From the NCBI GenBank assembly GCA_051652765.1, contig JBOFUV010000015.1:1-28842 (forward strand): a DNA stretch of 28,842 nt, in the 5' to 3' direction. Origin of the DNA: Microcoleaceae cyanobacterium (GTDB taxonomy: Bacteria; Cyanobacteriota; Cyanobacteriia; Cyanobacteriales; Microcoleaceae). Shown here piece by piece: positions 18,467 to 25,329 of this stretch. The notes beneath the pieces were generated by a model. That model was not told the DNA's origin. It saw nothing but the letters and a program-made list of their open reading frames with translations, and searched no databases. Made by a program: the position numbers and the translations under genes. How positions within the stretch are numbered: position 1 is the first letter of the stretch; each line of letters begins with the position of its first letter.

Positions 18467-19702
18467 ATGAATCCGTCTCCAGATCGTCCCGCTAAAACAT
18501 CTCCAACGTCTTCTTCTCCATCGGTTTCAGACCGTAAGTCTGGTGGTGATATGCCAGATCAATTGCCAGTGAAACTGCTCAACGTTCAGGAAACTATTGA
18601 CTCAGAGCAGGCCGATGCTCTGGCTCAGCACTCCTTAGAATATCAGGCTTTAGAGCATCCGACTTCAGAAGAACAGGCTTCAGAAGAACAAGTTCCTGAA
18701 GAGCAAGTTCCTGAAGAACAAGTTCCTGAAGAACAGACTCAAGCTGAGCATTCCCCTGTGGTAGCCAAGGCATCTTCAGATGCAGAAGAAACCCCAGAAG
18801 AGAATTCTGATGAAGAGCCGTCTTCTGACTCGGGTGCTCGCACCTGGCAACATCCCATTCCGCCTCCGAGTGAACCCCGTCAGTACAGAGCAATTGGTTT
18901 GGTTCGAGGTCGCTACACTGCCTCTGAGGAGCAGTTTACCCAGGGTATTCTGCTGACTAACGAGGGAACGATCATTGATGCTGTTCTGTTAGGACGAGTC
19001 ATGAGCCTGGTCAAGAAACATATCGATCTAGAACAAGAACATCTCTGGGTTGTATACCCTCGAACTCGTCAAAATGAAGGAAACCTCCACGTTCAAATTG
19101 TTGGAGTTTGGGAACCAGAAACCTTAAAGAAAATAGCCGATCAGCCAGAAGAGGGAGAGTTAGGAGAGAAAGCTGCTGAAGAGCTAGGAATAGTCGAGGC
19201 GGCTGATGATGGTGTTGATGATAGTTTTGAGGAGGAGCTAGCCTCTGAAATTTCCGAGATCGAACATGGTTATTTTTCGATCCGGGGAGAGGCAGTCTAC
19301 CAGTCTCAGGAGGAGGATCGGTACGTGATTGTCAAAATTCGTCAGGCTGCTCGTAAGGAAGGCGAGAAACCGAAATTCTTTAAGTTAAAGCTGCAAGGTC
19401 TGGCTGGGCCAAAAGCAGTGGGTCACTTTTGGGACTTGCACGTCCAATTGTCAAAAGATATGTTGTTGATTCAGGAGAGTCACGACATTGGCATGTTGCC
19501 CCTCAAACGTCGAGGTCGCCCTCCATTTAGGGGTGGTGGCGGCGGTGGTGGCAGACCGCCGTTCAAGCCGAGCTTTTCCAGATCGTTTGATGCTCCTCAA
19601 TCCACGGGAGAAAAGCCCAAACCCGTTACGGCTGCTCCCCGCCGGGAGCCAATCAGTCGGCCAACCAAGGCTCCACCCAAAGACCCAGAACCCCAGTCTT
19701 AA
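18467..19702 (+). CDS. Conserved cyanobacterial hypothetical protein with acidic N-terminus and basic Gly/Pro/Arg tail
   Basis: Core HPIPPPSEPRQYRAIGLVRGRY...DAVLLGRVMSLVKKH...LWVVYPRT...QIVGVWEPE. ATG 18467 has AAGAGG upstream and is in frame with the track ORF 18314..19702. Confidence 0.75.
   Translation: MNPSPDRPAKTSPTSSSPSVSDRKSGGDMPDQLPVKLLNVQETIDSEQADALAQHSLEYQALEHPTSEEQASEEQVPEEQVPEEQVPEEQTQAEHSPVVAKASSDAEETPEENSDEEPSSDSGARTWQHPIPPPSEPRQYRAIGLVRGRYTASEEQFTQGILLTNEGTIIDAVLLGRVMSLVKKHIDLEQEHLWVVYPRTRQNEGNLHVQIVGVWEPETLKKIADQPEEGELGEKAAEELGIVEAADDGVDDSFEEELASEISEIEHGYFSIRGEAVYQSQEEDRYVIVKIRQAARKEGEKPKFFKLKLQGLAGPKAVGHFWDLHVQLSKDMLLIQESHDIGMLPLKRRGRPPFRGGGGGGGRPPFKPSFSRSFDAPQSTGEKPKPVTAAPRREPISRPTKAPPKDPEPQS
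18668..18742 (+). repeat. Five 15-bp in-frame tandem units (EEQAS/EEQVP x3/EEQTQ)
   Basis: gaagaacaggcttca gaagaacaagttcct gaagagcaagttcct gaagaacaagttcct gaagaacagactcaa. Confidence 0.9.
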
Positions 19703-20877
19703 TCGAGCTGAATCTGTGCTCCTCGCAGGTCTTGGGGAAGAAAGGTTCTATCCATTGGGAGAGGGCTCACAGGCTCAGTGAGCAGAAACTCTCCCGCCTT
19801 GATCCATTGCTTAAGTTCTTGAGCAACTTGACGGGAACGGGCAATACTCGCAAGGGGAGCAGTGCGAACCTTTTTCCCCTCAATCTGAATTGATCCGGTC
19901 TTCAGTTGAGCATAGTCAACGAGACCAAAGGTAGGTCGAACCCTACGGGGAATTGAAAAGTCAACCACAGGCACAACAATTTCTTGATCTCGAACTGCAC
20001 AATGGGCAACGACTTCCTCTCGGAGCACAGGCAGCGGAATTCCAACGCCCAGCATAAGGGAGGGGCCGTAATTTTTGAAATAACATCCCCTGACCCAATC
20101 TGTACTCATCTGCTTTGCGTCTCCAATCAAGGCTAAAGTTGCGGCGGGGCCAACTGGAGTACGGTTGGGCAGGCGTTTTTGCAAGGGAAAATGTTGGGTT
20201 CCTTCCCAAGTGATATAGCCAATGCCTCCTCCGAGGAAAATGCGGGTGCCTATGCCAATTAGTTGCAGGTCTGGATCATTCAGCAGCGGCGCGATCGCCC
20301 CAGGACTTGCATAGACTGCATTGCCCAGATGGGGTTGTAGGGGGCCGAGATAAGTAAATAGAGGGCGATCGCCACCATTCACACCCACAATAAAGTTTTG
20401 ATAGGCGTTACGAGGATTGAACAGATAAAACTGGTTGACCGTGTCCCGACTGATAGTGGTTTCAAAGGAACTGCGGGGATAGCAATCCGTAACTAACCCC
20501 ATGGCTCGCAGATGAACCGACTTTCCGGCAATCAGGTCTTCAATCACATGACCCCCGCCTCGCTCTCGGAGTTCTTCTCCCTCCTCGGCCACTTGGGATG
20601 CACCCAGATACAAATCCACGGCTCCAAACCCAGCATAGGCTGGAACGCCATCTAGCCAGCAGGTTCGAATGTTGATTGGGGGATCAGTATGGCCTAGGTT
20701 CAAAATTGCCCCAGAGGATTCCATCGGTTCAAATGTGCCCGTAGTAATCACGTCAACTGTTTTGGCAATCTCAACAACTCCCATCTCAGTCACCCTTGCC
20801 TTGACCTCTTCAACGGTCCAGACTACAGCAGTCTGACCCTGGATTTTCTCGTTAATCTCAGCAACTGTTCTCAACAT
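19699..20877 (-). CDS. Homocysteine biosynthesis protein (DUF39; L-aspartate-semialdehyde sulfurtransferase-like)
   Basis: RTVAEINEKI, VDVITTGTFEPMESSGA, AVDLYLGA, GGGHVIEDLIAGK, TDCYPR, FNPRNAYQN, NDPDLQLIGIGTRIFLGGG, GTQH, YGPSLMLGVGIP. Its stop overlaps the convergent gene's stop (TTAA, 19699-19702). Confidence 0.87.
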   Translation of the reverse strand: MLRTVAEINEKIQGQTAVVWTVEEVKARVTEMGVVEIAKTVDVITTGTFEPMESSGAILNLGHTDPPINIRTCWLDGVPAYAGFGAVDLYLGASQVAEEGEELRERGGGHVIEDLIAGKSVHLRAMGLVTDCYPRSSFETTISRDTVNQFYLFNPRNAYQNFIVGVNGGDRPLFTYLGPLQPHLGNAVYASPGAIAPLLNDPDLQLIGIGTRIFLGGGIGYITWEGTQHFPLQKRLPNRTPVGPAATLALIGDAKQMSTDWVRGCYFKNYGPSLMLGVGIPLPVLREEVVAHCAVRDQEIVVPVVDFSIPRRVRPTFGLVDYAQLKTGSIQIEGKKVRTAPLASIARSRQVAQELKQWIKAGEFLLTEPVSPLPMDRTFLPQDLRGAQIQLD

Positions 20878-20976
20878 CGAATCTGCTTGAATAAAAAAAT
20901 CATTAATTCATCTTCTAGCCGTCATGGTCATTGTTGTTTGATTTAAGATCTAATTGAAGTTATCTGGAACTTTCCT

Positions 20977-21114
20977 ATGTCTGATCTGAATCGCGGCATC
21001 ATGAAATTTAAGGGAGCCGATAGCCCCATCGTAGTTATCATTTCTGCGGTTCTCGTGCTCGGGAGTATTGGTTTTCTGATCTGGTGGGGATTACAAACCG
21101 CTTATACGGTCTAA
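20977..21114 (+). CDS. ndhQ: NAD(P)H dehydrogenase-like complex (NDH-1L) subunit NdhQ, 45 aa
   Basis: Manual translation MSDLNRGIMKFKGADSPIVVIISAVLVLGSIGFLIWWGLQTAYTV*. The D.NRGIMKF.GADSP motif, single TM helix and WW...AY end are characteristic of NdhQ. Below the ORF-track cutoff. Confidence 0.9.
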   Translation: MSDLNRGIMKFKGADSPIVVIISAVLVLGSIGFLIWWGLQTAYTV

Positions 21115-21148
21115 GATCCCAGTCCTGATTGAAATTTAATCCCTAAAT

Positions 21149-21184
21149 GGCGGGGGCTTCTCAGACAAACTGAGTACTTTCGCC
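21149..21184. terminator. Imperfect hairpin downstream of ndhQ
   Basis: GGCGGGG...CTCAG-acaaa-CTGAG...CTTTCGCC (with GU pairs), between convergent genes. Confidence 0.35.
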
Positions 21185-21250
21185 TGCCTGTTGAAAAAGT
21201 GCTAAAGGCAATGGGGTGGGCAATGCTCGCCTTAATCCTACAGATTAATC

Positions 21251-21649
21251 CTACAGACTTAATTGATTAGCACAGGTTAGCCCAACGTCTACGAACTCTT
21301 CAGGGGGCTCTTGACTCTGGCTTGATTTAGAATAGATTTTCAGGAATTCATCCAGGGTAAACCTGGCCTGAAACTCACTGAGCACGCAGCTACAGAGTTT
21401 TGTCGCTTGTTGTTGGGTAAATCCCTCTTCTACAGACTGTTGCGCGCAGAGTTTTTGATAAGCCTCTTTAATTTCCGTTGGATAGGGCTTAACAGTTGAC
21501 CCTTGGACAACTTGATCTCCAGCTTGATGTTGGGTGTGACGTTCGGTATGGGCGATCGCCCAATCTCCAAAACTGACGAGCAACGCCATGAATCCTGTCA
21601 GACCGAGAATGGGAACGTTTAAGATTGGGATTTTCATAGGTTTGATCAT
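21251..21649 (-). CDS. Secreted small 4-Cys protein (C-x17-CxC-x37-C), unknown function
   Basis: Hydrophobic signal ending in AIA. Mature part KEAYQKLC...LCSC...GLTCANQL. Confidence 0.7.
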   Translation of the reverse strand: MIKPMKIPILNVPILGLTGFMALLVSFGDWAIAHTERHTQHQAGDQVVQGSTVKPYPTEIKEAYQKLCAQQSVEEGFTQQQATKLCSCVLSEFQARFTLDEFLKIYSKSSQSQEPPEEFVDVGLTCANQLSL

Positions 21650-21727
21650 GGGTATCCAGACTTAACGCTATTCAAGCAGAGCGTTTCGCGGTATTGGTTA
21701 AAAAGATGCTTAAATTTCAGAGACTTC

Positions 21728-22465
21728 ATGACTCCTCCCACTCGACCCTTGTTCCGGGAAAGACATAAACAGTTCAAAAGACAGTTCAAAAGGGTTCTGC
21801 TCATTGGTCTGGGAATTGTCTTTGCCTTGCTGCTCACAAGTTCATTGAGCCAGGTTTGGACATTACAGCTTGCGGCCCAACAGCCCGTTGACCTGTTTTT
21901 AGTGTTGGGGGGAAGTATCAAGCGGGAAATCCATGTCTCTAAATTAGCAAAGCAGCTTCCGCCCACTCGAATTTTAATTTCTACGGGGTCAGATGATCCC
22001 TGCATTGTAGAACTATTTCATCGGGTTCAGGCTCCGCCTGATCAAGTTTGGTTGGAAAAATGTGCAGATTCAACCTTTGGGAATTTCTTCTTCTCCCAAC
22101 CGATTTTAAGTCGGTGGGGCATACGTCATGTGAAATTGATTACTTCGCCTAGCCATCTTCCCAGGGCAATGTGGATGGCCAGAATTATGCTCGGCAGCCA
22201 TGGCATTTGGGTCGAACCTGAACTCGTTGCAGAAACCGGAGTTCCAGGCAATCAAGAATCCCAGTTGAAAACGGTCATAGATGTGACTCGTGGGATTGTG
22301 TGGGCGTTGCTCAGTCAGTTTATTCAGCCTCCCTGTAACGATGTGATTCAGCTCAGTCAGGTTAATCTAGAAGCATGGTGTCAGTTAGGATTTGGCTGCG
22401 AACATCAAAGCGGTATTGAGGTGGGTTCTCTCTGTCGTCAAGGATGGACTGATCCGGTTCAGTGA
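21728..22465 (+). CDS. YdcF/DUF218 family protein with N-terminal membrane anchor
   Basis: LVLGGSIKRE, ILISTG, LEKCADSTFGNF, LITSPSHLPRAMW. Confidence 0.85.
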   Translation: MTPPTRPLFRERHKQFKRQFKRVLLIGLGIVFALLLTSSLSQVWTLQLAAQQPVDLFLVLGGSIKREIHVSKLAKQLPPTRILISTGSDDPCIVELFHRVQAPPDQVWLEKCADSTFGNFFFSQPILSRWGIRHVKLITSPSHLPRAMWMARIMLGSHGIWVEPELVAETGVPGNQESQLKTVIDVTRGIVWALLSQFIQPPCNDVIQLSQVNLEAWCQLGFGCEHQSGIEVGSLCRQGWTDPVQ

Positions 22466-22732
22466 GTACCCGACCAATACACTACACTCACACATCAGCC
22501 TACAGTTGCCTGGGATTTCTGCTCCCACCCTATCCCTCGTTGTCAACACCTGATACCTTAGGAACCTGAGAACTGATTTTTAGGTCAGAAAAAGGGCATG
22601 TTGTCCGGATTGGTGTTGAGATTGACTTCACCCTTGCGACTTAGTGCAGCCTGTCGAACTTGTAGATTCAGCTTACATCCTCCACCGTTGAAATAGACGC
22701 TTAACATTCATCTCAAAAAATCTGAAAAAGCA

Positions 22733-24073
22733 ATGGAAGACTTAGTACAACTTGAAGGGTTTGCAACCGTTATTCTGGTGGTCAATGGCAGCCCGATTAC
22801 TCTGCAACTAGATGGCAATAACGCCCCGATCACGGCTGGGAATTTTGTGGATCTGGTTGAACGAGATTTCTACGATGGCATTTCCTTTCATCGGGTTGTG
22901 CTGGAACCCGACCCCTTTGTTGCCCAAGCCGGAGACCCTAACAGTAAAGATCCAAACTTTCCCGTTGATCAACTGGGTGGGGCCGGATTCATTGATCCAG
23001 CAACCGGGCAAGAACGTACCATTCCCTTGGAAATTTTGCCCCAGGGAGCCACTGAGCCTGTCATCGGAGAAACCTTAGCTGATGCGGGAATAACCGTTCC
23101 GCCTGTGTTACAGAATGTGCGGGGAACCATTGCCATGGCTCGAACAGATGACCCCAACTCTGCCTCCTCTCAATTTTTCCTGAACTTGACAGATTCGAGT
23201 TTTCTGGATGGTCGATTTGCTGTTTTTGGCCAAGTTACGGCTGGATTAAACGTTGTAGATGCTATTGTTCAGGGCGATCGCATTACCAATGCCGAGGTCG
23301 TTGATGGCATCGTTGCCACCCGCAGTTCCCAAGTTATTCCCGATCCGGGCTTGCTCAACGGCTTCATTAATGCCATTAATTTATTTTCCTTGCCGCTCCA
23401 ATTTTTTACCACCCGTGACTTCGATGCAGATAATATTGTCACGATTCCCCCTGAAATTGCGATTCAGGCTACGAGCGGCGTGTTAGTTGGCGGGGGAAAT
23501 GATCAGGTGACCGGCTCTGTTGAGAATGATGCGGTTCTTGGGAACCGGGACAATGACCTTTTGACTGGCAATGATGGGAATGACTATCTGATGGGTGGGC
23601 AAGGCAGCGACTCCCTGAATGGCAGTGCGGGAAGTGACATTCTCAATGGCAACCGGGGCGATGATGTCAATTTTGGAGGAGCTAATGATGACTTTCTGCG
23701 AGGCGGTCAGGACAACGACAACTTGAATGGCAACGCGGGCAATGATTTCCTGATAGGCGATCGCGGAATCGATACCCTCACAGGCGAAGCGGGAGCAGAT
23801 ATCTTCTTGCTCCGAGTCGATGAATCTCAGGGGGTTCGGGATACCAGCGCCGCTGACCAAATTGTCGATTTCAACTTGGGAGAGGGCGATCGCATTGGTA
23901 TCGTTGGGACAATCGATTTGACCAGCCTTCGGTTTAATGGGGTTGCAGGTGGAACGTCGGTTCAACTCTCAAACGGCGATATTCTGGGACTGGTTCAGAA
24001 TGTACAACCCAACCAGGTTCAGACAGCCGTTTTCGTTGCGCCTCCGGGAGATTTAGGTCTCGCCATTGGTTAG
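22733..24073 (+). CDS. Cyclophilin-type peptidyl-prolyl isomerase fused to RTX Ca-binding repeats
   Basis: APITAGNFVDLV..FYDGISFHRVV, GTIAMART, SASSQFFLN, LDGRFAVFGQV, then 12 nonapeptide GxxGxDxLx-type repeats and an ADQIVDF..GEGDRIG tail. Confidence 0.9.
   Translation: MEDLVQLEGFATVILVVNGSPITLQLDGNNAPITAGNFVDLVERDFYDGISFHRVVLEPDPFVAQAGDPNSKDPNFPVDQLGGAGFIDPATGQERTIPLEILPQGATEPVIGETLADAGITVPPVLQNVRGTIAMARTDDPNSASSQFFLNLTDSSFLDGRFAVFGQVTAGLNVVDAIVQGDRITNAEVVDGIVATRSSQVIPDPGLLNGFINAINLFSLPLQFFTTRDFDADNIVTIPPEIAIQATSGVLVGGGNDQVTGSVENDAVLGNRDNDLLTGNDGNDYLMGGQGSDSLNGSAGSDILNGNRGDDVNFGGANDDFLRGGQDNDNLNGNAGNDFLIGDRGIDTLTGEAGADIFLLRVDESQGVRDTSAADQIVDFNLGEGDRIGIVGTIDLTSLRFNGVAGGTSVQLSNGDILGLVQNVQPNQVQTAVFVAPPGDLGLAIG
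23486..23809 (+). repeat. 12 consecutive RTX nonapeptide repeats
   Basis: VGGGNDQVT GSVENDAVL GNRDNDLLT GNDGNDYLM GGQGSDSLN GSAGSDILN GNRGDDVNF GGANDDFLR GGQDNDNLN GNAGNDFLI GDRGIDTLT GEAGADIFL. Confidence 0.88.
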
Positions 24074-24100
24074 ACGTTCCTGTCATCTGAGGATGAATTC

Positions 24101-24170
24101 GCCCCCCAGCCCCCAAAATTGGGGAGCCGGATTTCTCAAAGTTCCCCCAATTTTGGGGGATTTAGGGGGC
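24101..24170. repeat. Cyanobacterial dispersed palindromic (REP/SDR-like) element
   Basis: Outer GCCCCC.../...GGGGGC ends enclose two hairpins: CCCCAA-aa-TTGGGG (24111-24124) and TCCCCCAA-tt-TTGGGGGA (24143-24160). It ends in gggggatttaggggg, a form typical of filamentous-cyanobacteria intergenic repeats. Confidence 0.7.
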
Positions 24171-24197
24171 AAGGAAACTTACAACTCAGACAGATTC

Positions 24198-24260
24198 ATC
24201 TCTACATTCAGCAATGCCGATAATCCCTAGGGGTGAATTTTTTCACCCCGATGTAGAGAT
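24198..24260. terminator. Nested inverted repeat between convergent genes
   Basis: ATCTCTACAT (24198-24207) / ATGTAGAGAT (24251-24260) enclose GGGGTGAA-tttt-TTCACCCC (24230-24249). Confidence 0.5.
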
Positions 24261-24348
24261 CGGAACAATTGAAAACACCATCAAAGTAAGGCAAGACTGT
24301 GAGTTTCACCGGTTGCGGACGGGTAATTCCCTTTCTTCCTTGAGGAAC

Positions 24349-24696
24349 TTACTTTGTCCCAGTCGGCTGTAAAATCTGAATACATTGATTAACAGCATTC
24401 TTAATTTCTGGATCTACCATAATTTCTTCCTCGCTCAGGTTACCTAAACCTGTGAGTTTTTCGTCAGGAATTTGCAATATCTTTTCTACAGTACAAGCAC
24501 AATAGTCTGCACCTGCTTGCGGCTCAAGACCTGCATTTACTACTCCCTCTTGACAACCCTCAAGATAGGCTTCTCGAAATAAACTTGCCTCTGTATCGGG
24601 TAGAGCCAAGGCGGACTGAATTGTCCCGCAAGATACTATCCCTAGACCGAAAAAAACGAGGAGCTGGACAGATCTAGATTGAAAAAGGCTCAACAT
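24349..24696 (-). CDS. Secreted small 4-Cys protein (C-x17-CxC-x36-C), unknown function
   Basis: Hydrophobic signal ending in ALA (alternative lipobox IVSC). Mature part REAYLEGC...YCAC...VNQCIQIL. Confidence 0.7.
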   Translation of the reverse strand: MLSLFQSRSVQLLVFFGLGIVSCGTIQSALALPDTEASLFREAYLEGCQEGVVNAGLEPQAGADYCACTVEKILQIPDEKLTGLGNLSEEEIMVDPEIKNAVNQCIQILQPTGTK

Positions 24697-25174
24697 TTCT
24701 GAAGTAGTAATAGATGTCTCTTTAGGTCTAGCATTAGATTGTCAAGGTGTCAATTCTTAAGAAAATCGATCAATAGGAACAGGGAAAAGTTATTCAGGAG
24801 ATGGTCTTGATGGAAATGTCTGATTCAAATTAACAAACTCAAGCTACGATCCGAACTCTAAAATAAAATTATACAGACCAATATCGATGAGAACTTTCCG
24901 AGAGAACTTTCTGAATTTCATCCTTGTAAATTAGATTTATAATAACTACAAGATTTGGTTGATACCTTTGTAAAGAAACTCAGCCAAATTGCAAACTAGA
25001 CCGGCATTTTCCGGTGAAGAACTTATGATTTATATCTCCTAATCGATAAAATTCAGGGTATGACAATCTGATTTAAAACCTGAACTCAGAGTGGATATCT
25101 TGCCCACGCAGGCTAGAATCCGACACCACAAACTCTCATTAATCAGTAATGATTGCTAGAGTTGCAGACTACAA

Positions 25175-25188
25175 GTATTTTCTGATAC
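25175..25188. promoter_or_regulatory. Candidate NtcA binding site upstream of the multi-sensor gene
   Basis: GTA-ttttctga-TAC (extended palindrome GTAT..ATAC). No TAN3T at the canonical 22-nt distance. Confidence 0.35.
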
Positions 25189-25329
25189 GTTGTTTCCCCT
25201 GAACCCGTATCTAGACGTTTGTCTTTCGACTTAGGCCCTTGAACATAGCTCTTTCAGGTAGAACCTTTAAATCTAAATTAATTAAAATCTTTTAAAATAG
25301 AGGAGGTTGTGGTTGCGAACAGAGTGGAA

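Noticed and set aside
18668..18742. Regularly spaced repeats considered as a CRISPR array
   Set aside because: They are contiguous 15-bp coding units with no spacers, and there are no cas genes.
22480..22495. ACACTCACAC resembling the Yfr1 sRNA motif
   Set aside because: It does not match the ultraconserved ACTCCTCACAC and lacks the two flanking hairpins.
24889..24920. CTTTCCGA..CTTTCTGA repeat resembling the CcaR G-box
   Set aside because: The period is 13 bp rather than 11 bp, and the ATTT half-site ends are not matched.
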